Assembly (NCBI GenBank): GCA_023409535.1
Contig: JAEYGZ010000027.1
Coordinates: 279,178 to 343,177, forward strand
DNA length: 64,000 nucleotides
Source of the DNA: Bacillota bacterium
GTDB taxonomy: Bacteria; Bacillota; Clostridia; Lachnospirales; Lachnospiraceae
Reading direction: 5' to 3'
A program made the translations under genes and the position numbers. Below are positions 20,653 to 30,619 of this stretch, in pieces. A model generated the notes under the pieces. The model saw only the letters and a program-made list of their open reading frames with translations. It did no database searches and was not told the origin of the DNA. Positions within the stretch are counted from its first letter, which is position 1. The number at the start of each line of letters is the position of its first letter.

Positions 20653-21300
20653 ATGAGCGAATTTATCAAAGAAACTCTCGTGCTCGGCATGGTTCAGACG
20701 AATTGCTATATTATAACGAACGGCGATACAAGGGAAGCGATTGTGATTGACCCGGCAGATGACGCAGACCGATTATACCAATATATCAAATCAAATGACC
20801 TTGTGTGTAAGGGAATCCTTCTCACCCATGGTCATTTTGACCATATCCTGGCTGCAAAGGAACTGGCGGAGAAGACTCGGGTGAAGATCTATGCCCAGGA
20901 AGAGGAAGCGAAGCTGCTGGCAGATAAGCTGTTGAATGCCTCTGTAAAATTCGGACAGGAGTACAGTCTGGTACCGGATGCATTATTAAAGGATAATGAG
21001 GTGATTGAGCTGGCAGGCTTTGAGATCAGGGTAATTCATACACCGGGGCATACGGCGGGCGGCGCCTGCTATTATTTTACGGAGCATAGGGTACTCTTTA
21101 GCGGTGATACGCTGTTTTATGAGAGTATCGGAAGATATGATCTTCCTACCAGCGACGGCCGCCGGCTTTTGGAGTCCATTCGCAGCAAGCTTATGCTTCT
21201 GCAGGACGAGGTCGCTGTCTGCCCGGGACACGGTCCTGCGACGACCATTGGGCACGAACGGGAGAATAATTATTTTATAAGGCGAAGAGGAAATGATTGA
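20653..21300 (+). CDS. MBL-fold metallo-hydrolase (glyoxalase II-like)
   Basis: THGHFDH, HTPGHT, FSGDTLF, PGHG. Confidence 0.92.
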   Translation: MSEFIKETLVLGMVQTNCYIITNGDTREAIVIDPADDADRLYQYIKSNDLVCKGILLTHGHFDHILAAKELAEKTRVKIYAQEEEAKLLADKLLNASVKFGQEYSLVPDALLKDNEVIELAGFEIRVIHTPGHTAGGACYYFTEHRVLFSGDTLFYESIGRYDLPTSDGRRLLESIRSKLMLLQDEVAVCPGHGPATTIGHERENNYFIRRRGND

Positions 21301-22846
21301 GATCTATTTATCAGATAAAGCATATGAGAATGATGTCTATCCGCTGGTGAAGGCCTTCTATCCGGAGGAGGACATTAAAGTATTGGAAGGTCAGGCAGAG
21401 CCGTTCGATCCGTTGGGTGGCTCTGCAAGGATTACAGTGAAGCTCCGAACAGATCAGATTGAGATTGGATTATCCGGCAGAGAGTCTGTGCAATCAGAAA
21501 TAAGGCTATTTGCTCACCCTGGGGAGAAAAATGATTTCCCGGAGAAACTGATGCTGCCCCCAGGGCTTAGCAGAACACAATATAAGAATGCCATGAAGCG
21601 CTTTCTGTACCGGCTTTTATCAGGAGCCTCCGGCCGAACCTTACCCTGGGGCATACTAACCGGTATCCGTCCCACCAAGTTGGTCTATGAGCTTCTGGAA
21701 AAGGGAGAAGAGGAGCAAGCGGTCTATAATCATATGAGGGAGGAATATCTCTGCTCCGATGATAAGACCGCCATGAGCATCAGGATCGCCAGGCGGGAAG
21801 CAGAGCTTCTTGAGGAGATGGACTACCGAAACGGCTATAGCTTATATATCGGAATTCCCTTTTGCCCAAGTACTTGTCTGTACTGTTCCTTTCCCTCCTA
21901 TTCGGTTACGAAGTATTCCGATTACGTTGAACAATATCTGAAGGCTCTGGAGAAGGAAATTCAATATGCAGCCACCTGCTTTCCGGAGAAAAAGCTCACC
22001 TGTGTCTACTTTGGCGGCGGGACGCCGACCACCTTATCGGCAGAGCAGCTGGACAGGCTGCTGGGATTGGTCTGCGGGCATTTTGATTTTTCCTGTGTGA
22101 AGGAATTCTGCGTGGAAGCAGGCAGACCCGACAGTATCACAAGGGAGAAGCTGGAGGTCCTTCGCAAATGGGGCGTCGACCGGATTTCCATCAATCCGCA
22201 AAGCATGCAGCTGAAGACCCTGGATCTCATCGGACGCCGCCATACCGTGGAGCAGGTGAGAGAAGCCTTCCTTCTTGCGAGAGAAACAGGCCATGAGAAC
22301 ATCAATATGGATATCATCCTCGGCTTGCCGGGAGAAGACAGGGAGGATGTTGTTGATACCTTAAAACAGATCAAGGAGCTAAACCCGGAGAGCCTGACGG
22401 TTCATACCCTCGCTATCAAACGCGCTGCCAGACTGAATATAGAGCGTGAGAATTATTCCGATAAGAAAGCATCCGAAGTATCGGGGAAAGCATCCCAAGT
22501 ATCAGGGAAAGCATCCCAAGTATCAGGGATGCTGGAGGAAGCCCTGCAGTTTGCCAGGGAGAATGATTATCTCCCGTATTATCTCTACCGGCAGAAGAAT
22601 ATGGCGGATAACCTGGAGAATATCGGCTATTCCAGATATGGCAGAGAAGGCTTATATAATATTCTGATTATGGAGGAAAAGCAGACGATACTGGCCCTTG
22701 GTGCCGGCGGAATGTCCAAATTCGTATTTCATCGGGAGAATCGCATCGAACGGGTGAATAATGTGAAGAGTGTTACCGATTATATCAACAGAATTGATGA
22801 GATGATAGAACGAAAGCGCAGCTTTCTGAAAGAAAATGAACTATAA
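21293..22846 (+). CDS. hemZ: HemZ-family radical SAM protein
   Basis: LPWGILTGIRPTK, YIGIPFCPSTCLYCSF, EAGRPD, PYYLYRQKN, YNILIMEE. Confidence 0.92.
   Translation: MIEIYLSDKAYENDVYPLVKAFYPEEDIKVLEGQAEPFDPLGGSARITVKLRTDQIEIGLSGRESVQSEIRLFAHPGEKNDFPEKLMLPPGLSRTQYKNAMKRFLYRLLSGASGRTLPWGILTGIRPTKLVYELLEKGEEEQAVYNHMREEYLCSDDKTAMSIRIARREAELLEEMDYRNGYSLYIGIPFCPSTCLYCSFPSYSVTKYSDYVEQYLKALEKEIQYAATCFPEKKLTCVYFGGGTPTTLSAEQLDRLLGLVCGHFDFSCVKEFCVEAGRPDSITREKLEVLRKWGVDRISINPQSMQLKTLDLIGRRHTVEQVREAFLLARETGHENINMDIILGLPGEDREDVVDTLKQIKELNPESLTVHTLAIKRAARLNIERENYSDKKASEVSGKASQVSGKASQVSGMLEEALQFARENDYLPYYLYRQKNMADNLENIGYSRYGREGLYNILIMEEKQTILALGAGGMSKFVFHRENRIERVNNVKSVTDYINRIDEMIERKRSFLKENEL
22466..22528 (+). 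repeat. In-frame 21-bp tandem repeat x3 in hemZ
   Basis: AAAGCATCC(G/C)AAGTATC(G/A)GGG x3, encoding KASEVSG-KASQVSG-KASQVSG. Confidence 0.95.
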
Positions 22847-22873
22847 TACAACTATATAGATCGGAGGACGAAG

Positions 22874-24121
22874 ATGATTACACAAAGACCGAAAGGAACC
22901 CAGGACTGGTACGGTTCCGGCATGCATAAGCGTACCATCGTTGAGGAAACTGCCAGGCGAATATGCAAAACCTATAATATAAAGGAGATTATTACACCGG
23001 CCTTTGAGCATACAATCCTATTCCAGCGAGGCGTGGGTGAGACCACTGATGTGGTTCAAAAGGAGATGTATACCTTTGATGATAAGGGTAACCGCAGTAT
23101 TACCTTAAAGCCGGAGGGTACTGCAGGTGCGGTTCGTGCCTATCTGGAAAACGGTCTTTTCGCGGAGAGCCAACCGACAAAGTTATTCTACTTTACCCAG
23201 GCCTTCCGTTATGAGAATCCCCAGAGCGGCAGATTCAGACAGCATCACCAGTTTGGAATTGAGTTTTTGGGATCTGCCAGCCCTCTTGCAGAGGTAGAGC
23301 TTATCTCACTGCTCATGGAATTTATGAAGGAGCTGGGAATGAAAGGTGCGAAGCTTCACATTAACAGTATCGGCTGCGGAAACTGCCGCAAGACTTATAA
23401 CGAGGCATTGCTGGCTTATTTAAGACAGTACGAGGATAAGCTGTGTCCTACCTGCCGTGAGAGAATGCTTAAGAATCCGTTACGTGTTCTCGACTGTAAA
23501 GTCCCTGCCTGTAAGACCATCGTGAAGGATGCTCCCAGAACCATCGAATATCTGGATGAGGAATGTGCAGGCCATTTTGAAGAACTGAAGGGACTGCTTA
23601 CGGAGCTTGGAGTGGACTATGAGGTGGATACCGGTATTGTCAGAGGACTTGACTATTATACAAAGACCGTATTTGAATTTGTAAACGCAGACGGCTTTAC
23701 CCTGTGCGGCGGCGGACGGTATGATAATTTGATTCATGAAATTGACGAGAAGCAGGATATTCCGGCGGTGGGCTTCGGTTTCGGCATTGAGCGTATCCTT
23801 GGCGAGCTGGCTGCAGAAGGTGTGGAGCTTGCCCCGGAACCGGCAGTTGAACTCTATGTCGGAATTCTCGGCAAGGAAGCAAAAGCCTCCGCGTTCGGAT
23901 TGGTTCAGAGGCTTCGCCGTGCCGGAGTAATTGTTGAAACGGATTATATGGACCGAAGCGTGAAAGCGCAGATGAAATATGCCAATAAGATCGGTGCAAA
24001 GAATACGGTAATCATCGGAGCAGACGAGCTGGCAAAGAATAAAGCAAGTGTTAAGAATATGGAGACCGGCCAACAGACGGAGGCTGCCCTGGATAAGATC
24101 GGGGAGCTCTTCCTGTCATAG
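22874..24121 (+). CDS. hisS: Histidine--tRNA ligase
   Basis: [43 protein letters not shown]. Confidence 0.97.
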   Translation: MITQRPKGTQDWYGSGMHKRTIVEETARRICKTYNIKEIITPAFEHTILFQRGVGETTDVVQKEMYTFDDKGNRSITLKPEGTAGAVRAYLENGLFAESQPTKLFYFTQAFRYENPQSGRFRQHHQFGIEFLGSASPLAEVELISLLMEFMKELGMKGAKLHINSIGCGNCRKTYNEALLAYLRQYEDKLCPTCRERMLKNPLRVLDCKVPACKTIVKDAPRTIEYLDEECAGHFEELKGLLTELGVDYEVDTGIVRGLDYYTKTVFEFVNADGFTLCGGGRYDNLIHEIDEKQDIPAVGFGFGIERILGELAAEGVELAPEPAVELYVGILGKEAKASAFGLVQRLRRAGVIVETDYMDRSVKAQMKYANKIGAKNTVIIGADELAKNKASVKNMETGQQTEAALDKIGELFLS

Positions 24122-24278
24122 AAATCACAGAAACAGAATATTGCTTCAAGGTACAACAGCAGGAATGCAATCTGTTACATTGTACAATGCTGTATTACAC
24201 AATGTTGCATTGCACTTTATACCTTGCTGCATTGCACACTGTCGGAGTAAGTAAAATATGGAAAGGCGGATTAAAATT

Positions 24279-24584
24279 ATGGTAAGACATATCGTGGCAT
24301 GGAATTATGCAGACGGCTTCACAGCCGAAGAAAATCGTATTCACAAGGAGAATATGAAGAGGGAGCTTGAGAATTTAATCAATTTGATCGATGGAATCAA
24401 ATCCATTCAGCTCTATGCGGATCATCTGGAGTCCTCGGATTCCGATCTGCTGCTTGACAGTGTATTTGAGAGTGAGGAGGCGTTGAAGGCCTATATCATT
24501 CATCCGGAGCATGTCAGAGTCGGTTCTGAATTTGTTAAGCCCTTTGTGAAAAATCGTAAATGTATTGATTTTGTCATGGAATAA
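24279..24584 (+). CDS. Dabb (stress-responsive alpha/beta barrel) protein
   Basis: MVRHIVAW...FESEEALKAYIIHPEH...CIDF. Confidence 0.85.
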   Translation: MVRHIVAWNYADGFTAEENRIHKENMKRELENLINLIDGIKSIQLYADHLESSDSDLLLDSVFESEEALKAYIIHPEHVRVGSEFVKPFVKNRKCIDFVME

Positions 24585-24666
24585 GATTAAAATATTTAAG
24601 TTGTCCAAAAGGAAATACTGAAAAACAGGTTCAGTGAAAAGATAGACAGGATAAAGGAGAGTAACC

Positions 24667-26454
24667 ATGGCTGAAGCAATGAAGGGCTTACACAGAAGCC
24701 ACAGATGTACGGAAGTATCCAGTAAAAATATTGGTGAGACCGTTACCGTAATGGGCTGGGTTCAGAAGAGCAGAAATAAAGGCGGTATTATATTTGTTGA
24801 TCTGAGGGACCGTTCCGGTCTTTTACAGATTATCTTTGAGGAAAGCGATTGCGGTACTGAGAACTTTGCTAAGGCAGAAAAGCTCAGAAGCGAATTTGTT
24901 ATTGCGGTTGCAGGTAAAGTGGTAGCACGTTCCGGCGCTGTGAATGAGAACCTTGCAACAGGAGACATCGAGATCAGGGCAGACCAGCTTAGAATCTTAT
25001 CCGAGGCAGAGACTCCTCCGTTCCAGATTGAGGAAGAATCAAAAACCAAGGAAGAATTAAGACTGAAATACCGCTATCTGGATTTAAGAAGACCGGATCT
25101 TCAGAAGAATCTGATCCTTCGCAGCAAGGTCGCGACAGTGACCCGCCAATTCTTATCTGAGGAAGGCTTCTTAGAGATTGAGACCCCCATGCTAACCAAG
25201 AGTACACCGGAAGGCGCAAGAGACTATCTGGTACCCAGCCGAGTGCATCCGGGTAATTTTTATGCTTTGCCTCAGTCTCCCCAGATATTTAAACAGCTTT
25301 TGATGGTATCAGGCTATGACCGTTATTTTCAGATCGTGAAATGCTTCCGTGACGAGGATCTTCGTGCGGACAGACAACCGGAATTTACCCAGATTGATAT
25401 GGAATTATCCTTTGTGGATGTAGATGATGTAATCGATGTGAATGAACGCCTTCTCCATAAAATGTTCAAGGAAAGCATCGGTATCGATATTCCGCTGCCT
25501 ATCCAGAGAATGACCTATGCCGAGGCAATGGACCGTTTTGGTTCCGATAAGCCGGATATCCGTTTTGGACTGGAATTAAAGAATATATCGGAGCTTGTGA
25601 AGGGCTGTGGTTTTGGAGTATTTACGGCTGCACTGGAGAAGGGCGGCTCTGTTCGCGGTATCAATGCCGTAGGACAGGCTGACATGCCCAGAAAGAAGAT
25701 TGACGCTCTGGTTGACTTTGCCAGGGATTATGGTGCAAAGGGTCTGGCATATCTGGCAATTGATGCGGATGGTTCCTATAAATCCTCCTTTGCGAAGTTC
25801 ATGACACAAGAGGAGCTGAAGGCAATTGTATCGGCATTGAACGGTAAGCCCGGAGATTTGTTGTTCTTTGCGGCGGATGAGGACGATGTGGTGTTTGCCG
25901 TACTTGGGGCATTAAGACTGGAGATTGCGAAGGGGCTTGGCCTTCTTCACAAGGAGGAATATAAGTTCCTTTGGATCACCGAATTCCCGTTACTTGAGTA
26001 TTCCAAGGAAGAGGGCAGGTTTACGGCGAAGCACCATCCCTTTACCATGCCTATGGATGAGGATCTTCCTCTACTGGATACCGATCCCGGCAAGGTTAGA
26101 GCGAAGGCTTATGACATTACCCTCAACGGTACGGAGATCGGCGGAGGTTCTGTGAGAATCTTCCAGAGTGACGTACAGGAGAAGATGTTCGAGGTACTTG
26201 GCTTTACGAAGGAAGCAGCTTATGAACGCTTCGGCTTCCTTTTAAATGCCTTCAAATACGGTGTTCCGCCTCATGCAGGACTTGCTTACGGTTTGGATCG
26301 TCTGGTTATGCTGATGGCGCAGGAAGACAGTATCCGCGATGTAATTGCTTTCCCGAAGGTAAAGGATGCTTCCTGCCTATTGACCGAAGCCCCGAATATT
26401 GTTGAGGAAAAGCAGCTGAAGGAGCTTGGAATTGCACTGGACACGGAAGCATAG
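24667..26454 (+). CDS. aspS: Aspartate--tRNA ligase
   Basis: FVDLRD, RLKYRYLDLRR, STPEGARDY, FRDEDLRADRQPEFTQ, GGGSVRI, PPHAGLAYGLDR. Confidence 0.97.
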   Translation: MAEAMKGLHRSHRCTEVSSKNIGETVTVMGWVQKSRNKGGIIFVDLRDRSGLLQIIFEESDCGTENFAKAEKLRSEFVIAVAGKVVARSGAVNENLATGDIEIRADQLRILSEAETPPFQIEEESKTKEELRLKYRYLDLRRPDLQKNLILRSKVATVTRQFLSEEGFLEIETPMLTKSTPEGARDYLVPSRVHPGNFYALPQSPQIFKQLLMVSGYDRYFQIVKCFRDEDLRADRQPEFTQIDMELSFVDVDDVIDVNERLLHKMFKESIGIDIPLPIQRMTYAEAMDRFGSDKPDIRFGLELKNISELVKGCGFGVFTAALEKGGSVRGINAVGQADMPRKKIDALVDFARDYGAKGLAYLAIDADGSYKSSFAKFMTQEELKAIVSALNGKPGDLLFFAADEDDVVFAVLGALRLEIAKGLGLLHKEEYKFLWITEFPLLEYSKEEGRFTAKHHPFTMPMDEDLPLLDTDPGKVRAKAYDITLNGTEIGGGSVRIFQSDVQEKMFEVLGFTKEAAYERFGFLLNAFKYGVPPHAGLAYGLDRLVMLMAQEDSIRDVIAFPKVKDASCLLTEAPNIVEEKQLKELGIALDTEA

Positions 26455-26521
26455 GCCATCCGCCGGCGTGAAACCGCAATGTCGGAGCTTATGGAATGGA
26501 AGGACAGGTAGGTAAATTAAT

Positions 26522-26821
26522 ATGGAACAGTTATGGTATTCCCTTGGGGCAGCTTATTTACTGATCATGAATCTGGCAGGCTTCCTGCAAATGGGCGCAG
26601 ATAAGCACCGGGCAAGGAAGGGGCAGTACCGTATTCCTGAGAGAACACTGCTTCTAACTGCTTTTTTCGGCGGCGGGATCGGCTCCTTTCTGGGGATGTT
26701 CGCATTTCACCATAAGACGAAGCATAAGAAATTCAAAATAACGCTTCCCATAGCTGCCGTAATTGCCGGAATCCTTATAATTAAGCTGTTAATGCAGTAT
26801 CTGTCGACAAATAATGTTTGA
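26522..26821 (+). CDS. DUF1294 membrane protein
   Basis: DKHRARKGQYRIPERTL...GG.G...M..FHHKTKH. Confidence 0.88.
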   Translation: MEQLWYSLGAAYLLIMNLAGFLQMGADKHRARKGQYRIPERTLLLTAFFGGGIGSFLGMFAFHHKTKHKKFKITLPIAAVIAGILIIKLLMQYLSTNNV

Positions 26822-26846
26822 CATGGTATGGAAAGAGTGTTATCAT
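26818..26846 (+). promoter_or_regulatory. Sigma-A promoter of cold-shock gene
   Basis: TTGACA-N17-TATCAT with extended -10 TG. Confidence 0.7.
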
Positions 26847-26902
26847 GAGTGTGTTGTTATAGATTGACAACGATAATTTATAATTTTTTTGGAGGAAATA
26901 AC

Positions 26903-27103
26903 ATGAACAAAGGTACAGTTAAGTGGTTCAACAATCAGAAGGGTTTTGGCTTTATTTCTGATGAGCAGGGCAATGATGTATTCGTACACTACAGCGGTCT
27001 GAACATGGACGGTTTCAAGTCTTTAGAGGAAGGCCAGGAAGTTCAGTTTGAAGTAGTTCAGGGAGCTAAGGGTCCTCAGGCAACTAATGTAACAAGGTTA
27101 TAA
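26903..27103 (+). CDS. cspA: Cold-shock protein
   Basis: [26 protein letters not shown]...DVFVHYS...KGPQATNV, 66 aa. Confidence 0.95.
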   Translation: MNKGTVKWFNNQKGFGFISDEQGNDVFVHYSGLNMDGFKSLEEGQEVQFEVVQGAKGPQATNVTRL

Positions 27104-27204
27104 TCAATGTTGGGTTTACAGTGTACCTTTTTCTAAACTATAAATTTTATCTGTAAAGAAATAAGTTTATAAAGAAATGGCTATATTGTTTGAGACGATT
27201 GATT

Positions 27205-27248
27205 AAAAGGGCTGTCGCACTAAGTAATTGGTGTGACAGCTCTTTTTA
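27205..27248 (+). terminator. Intrinsic terminator
   Basis: AAAAGGGCTGTCGCAC...GTGTGACAGCTCTTTTT. Confidence 0.8.
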
Positions 27249-27280
27249 TATGCAAATATTTAGAAAATCTTTTGTTTTAT

Positions 27281-27313
27281 CTGAAGATGTTCTTAAGATT
27301 TATCCGTTACAAT
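27281..27313 (+). promoter_or_regulatory. OmpR-type direct-repeat promoter of the dedA operon
   Basis: TGAAG-N6-TTAAG-N10-TACAAT. Confidence 0.55.
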
Positions 27314-27405
27314 AGGTATATCAAGTTGAAATATTTGTAACAAAATAATAAAAAGTATTGATTGAATGGGAACATTTGGTATAAAATGGAGCAAGAGGAA
27401 AAGAT

Positions 27406-27918
27406 ATGATAAATGTACAAACACTGATGGATTTCTTTTATCGTTTTGGTGGGCTTGCGATTTTTGTGATTGTATTTCTCGAGTATTTGAATTTGCCCGG
27501 GTTTCCTGCCGGTGTGATTATGCCGTTGGCGGGAATATGGGCTGCTAAGGATGGAATTGGCTTCGGATGGGCATTGCTATTATCAGTTCTTGCAGGGCTT
27601 TGCGGCAGCTGGGTGCTGTACCTGATAGGAAGATTTGGCGGTGATATTATCTTAAGGCATTATATCAAAAAACATCCGAAGCACCGTGAAGCGATTGAAC
27701 GCACAATTGAGCGCCTGCAAAGGAGTGGGTATCTTGGTTTATTCTTTGGAAAATTGATTCCGATGTTCCGGACGATCATCTCGATTCCGGCAGGGGTAAT
27801 GAAGCTGAATTTTATTGGCTATACAATTTTCTCCACCCTGGGGATTTTCGTTTGGAATCTTGTTTTCGTGGGAGCAGGATACTTTTTTGGAGATTCGGTA
27901 TTAAAGATGATTACTTAA
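27406..27918 (+). CDS. DedA family membrane protein
   Basis: FLEYLNLPGFPAGVIMPLAG, LYLIGRFGG, KLIPMFRTIISIPAG. Confidence 0.92.
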   Translation: MINVQTLMDFFYRFGGLAIFVIVFLEYLNLPGFPAGVIMPLAGIWAAKDGIGFGWALLLSVLAGLCGSWVLYLIGRFGGDIILRHYIKKHPKHREAIERTIERLQRSGYLGLFFGKLIPMFRTIISIPAGVMKLNFIGYTIFSTLGIFVWNLVFVGAGYFFGDSVLKMIT

Positions 27919-27945
27919 TTATCCTGTGAAATGAGGTATTAAGGC

Positions 27946-29289
27946 ATGAAGATAGCAATGATGACGAATAATTATAAACCCTTTGTCGGCGGTGTACCAA
28001 TCTCCATTGACCGCCTGGCGACAGAGCTTCGAAGGCTTGGGCATGAGGTTTATATCTTTGCCCCCAGCTTTGAAGGGGAGGAAGAGGAAGCGTATGTGAT
28101 TCGATATCATTCCCTGAAGAAGAAGTTAAAGAAGGAATTCACTATTCCGAATATCTTTGATCCTATTATTGAAGAGAAATTTCGCGAGCTGTCCTTTGAT
28201 CTGATACATGTACATCATCCGATGCTGATCGGTTACATTGCCAGACATTTGGGCAGAAAATATAATGTTCCTGTGGTTCTGACCTATCACACCAGGTATG
28301 AGCACTATCTCCATTATCTGAAACCCTTTGAGAGGAAGAAGAACAGTGGAGTGGATATAGGTCCGATGGATAATCCGGAGCTGGGTGCATTGCGAAGGAG
28401 ATTGGTGAGTGCCGGTAAGGAGAGCCTTGTGGCAGCCCATAACCGTTTGGTTATCAACCACTGCAGTATGGTATTTGCACCTACCATGAGTATGAAGGAG
28501 TACCTGCTTGAGCATGGAACCGTAACGGATATCGGAATCCTGCCAACAGGAATACCTCAGGAGGAGTTTGAATATGATCCTGCGCTGTCTGCCTCCCTGC
28601 GGGAACGTTACGTAGGAGATGCAGATTATCTCTTCTGCACCGTATCCAGGTTGGAAAAGGAGAAGAATATCGAATTTCTTCTGGAAGGGCTGAAGCTGTT
28701 TAAGGAGTGTAAGGGCGGCCGCTTCCGGCTATTGATTATCGGGGATGGCAGCAGAAGAGAGTTGCTGACGGAGCAGGTGCATAAGCTGGGACTTGAGCAT
28801 AATGTCACGTTCTGCGGCCGTATTCCGCATGAAGAGCTTCGGCATTATTATCATGCAAGTGATGCTTTTTTATTTGCCTCAACTTCAGAGACCCAGGGAA
28901 TTGTGCTGCTGGAAGCTATGGCAGCCGGACTGCCGATTGTCGCCGTTAAGGCCAGCGGCGTTCAGGATGTGGTGGTGGATGGCTGGAACGGATATCTGAC
29001 GGCGGCAGAGGTCAGGGAGTGGACGAATAAACTGCTGCTGCTTATTGATCAGCCTTGCCTCAGGGAAAAGATGAAGGAGCATGCCTTCAAGGGAGCAAGG
29101 GAGTATCTCTCCTCCAATATCGCCAACAGGGCTTTGCAATATTATCAAAATATACTTTATTATAAAAGGATGGATCCGGAATATGAGTATGCAAATTCTT
29201 ACGAATCTGCAGGCGGGCTTATTTCATACCTACCTGAAAATAATCGTGCGAACCGGTACGGTCGAGTTAAGAAACAAAGAACGAATTAA
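27946..29289 (+). CDS. GT4 glycosyltransferase (diacylglycerol glucosyltransferase-like)
   Basis: MKIAMMTNNYKPFVGGV, IHVHHP, TYHTRY, VSRLEKEKN, ETQGIVLLEAMAAGLP. Confidence 0.9.
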   Translation: MKIAMMTNNYKPFVGGVPISIDRLATELRRLGHEVYIFAPSFEGEEEEAYVIRYHSLKKKLKKEFTIPNIFDPIIEEKFRELSFDLIHVHHPMLIGYIARHLGRKYNVPVVLTYHTRYEHYLHYLKPFERKKNSGVDIGPMDNPELGALRRRLVSAGKESLVAAHNRLVINHCSMVFAPTMSMKEYLLEHGTVTDIGILPTGIPQEEFEYDPALSASLRERYVGDADYLFCTVSRLEKEKNIEFLLEGLKLFKECKGGRFRLLIIGDGSRRELLTEQVHKLGLEHNVTFCGRIPHEELRHYYHASDAFLFASTSETQGIVLLEAMAAGLPIVAVKASGVQDVVVDGWNGYLTAAEVREWTNKLLLLIDQPCLREKMKEHAFKGAREYLSSNIANRALQYYQNILYYKRMDPEYEYANSYESAGGLISYLPENNRANRYGRVKKQRTN

Positions 29290-29797
29290 GGAAAACTCCA
29301 TGATTGCCTATTGGCATGGGGATGGCTACTGCATGCAATTGGTACTGCGGGAAATAGCAAAGTTAAATGTAAAAATCAAGGTAATCGTTACCGCCCATAA
29401 ACGCGGGGATGTCATAGAGAAGATGATCAAGCCCTATGGTGCCCAGACCATCCGGCTGCCGGACGGCTATGATATGAGACCGTTTTTCAAGGAACTGAGA
29501 GAGAACAGTAAAACCTCCTGTGAGGCTTTGGCCGGCGCACTGGATGGTCCTCTCGGTCCTCTGCATGAACCTAAGAAGCTGTTATTTCTGCTTGCATCGG
29601 AGGCGGGAAAAGAGGCATGTTATGTCCGCTTTCATTATTCCCATGTCATTCGGTTAAAGAAACGGTGGGACCGTTATGTGATACCCCTGCCCTTCACCAG
29701 GATTATTGCAGAGGTGGAGGATCTTGGTACCATCGGTAAGGAGGAGCTGAGACATTTTGATGAGTTCAAGAGCCGGATGCTGCCTTCCCTGGGATAA
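29183..29797 (+). CDS. DUF374 / lysophospholipid-acyltransferase-like protein
   Basis: IAYWHG, ALDGPLGP, WDRYVIPLPF; likely start MSMQIL at 29183, overlapping the GT4 tail. Confidence 0.75.
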   Translation: MSMQILTNLQAGLFHTYLKIIVRTGTVELRNKERIKENSMIAYWHGDGYCMQLVLREIAKLNVKIKVIVTAHKRGDVIEKMIKPYGAQTIRLPDGYDMRPFFKELRENSKTSCEALAGALDGPLGPLHEPKKLLFLLASEAGKEACYVRFHYSHVIRLKKRWDRYVIPLPFTRIIAEVEDLGTIGKEELRHFDEFKSRMLPSLG

Positions 29798-29899
29798 CCG
29801 CGTTGTGCGCCGACAGAGACCATAGGAAACAGTTACAGAGATAGATAAGCGTGTGGATATTCACAAGTACAGAAAACATAGGCAGGATGGGAGACATTC

Positions 29900-30619
29900 A
29901 TGGAAACATATCATGTGCTGGTGGTTGAGGATGATAAGGAAATCCTGGACGGGATTGGCATCTTTCTTAAAAATCAAGGCTATATCGTATATAAGGCGTC
30001 CAACGGAATTGAAGGCTTGGAGCTGATTGAAAAAGAAGAAATTCATCTGGCGATTGTGGATATCATGATGCCCCGGATGGATGGTATTACCATGGTTATG
30101 AAACTGCGGGAGAAATATGAGTTTCCGGTGATCCTGCTGACAGCAAAATCAGAGGAGATTGATAAGATTACAGGGCTAAATATCGGAGCGGATGATTACG
30201 TTACAAAGCCCTTTGCACCCATGGAGCTGTTAGCCAGAGTGAATTCCCAGCTCAGGCGCTATACCAGATACCGGAGCGTCTCGGATAGTCAGTCTTCAGA
30301 GGCTGGGAAGCAGGAAGAGAATGTTTATGTCTGCGGCGGTCTGGAGCTGAATGAGAATACGGTGCAACTGATGGTGGACGGAGTCCCGGTGAAAATTACT
30401 CCCTTAGAGTTTAAAATCCTGGCACTGCTGATGAAGCATCCGGGACAAGTTTTCTCTGCGGATGAAATCTATGAGAGAGTATGGAACGAGCGTGCGGTCG
30501 GAACCGATACGATTATGGTTCACGTGCGTAATATCCGTGAAAAGATTGAGATCAACCCAAGAGAGCCAAAATATTTAAAGGTGGTGTGGGGAGTTGGCTA
30601 CAAAATTGAAAAGCACTAA
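29900..30619 (+). CDS. OmpR-family response regulator
   Basis: VLVVEDD, DIMMPRMDG, GADDYVTKPF, HVRNIREKIE, VWGVGYK. Confidence 0.95.
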   Translation: METYHVLVVEDDKEILDGIGIFLKNQGYIVYKASNGIEGLELIEKEEIHLAIVDIMMPRMDGITMVMKLREKYEFPVILLTAKSEEIDKITGLNIGADDYVTKPFAPMELLARVNSQLRRYTRYRSVSDSQSSEAGKQEENVYVCGGLELNENTVQLMVDGVPVKITPLEFKILALLMKHPGQVFSADEIYERVWNERAVGTDTIMVHVRNIREKIEINPREPKYLKVVWGVGYKIEKH

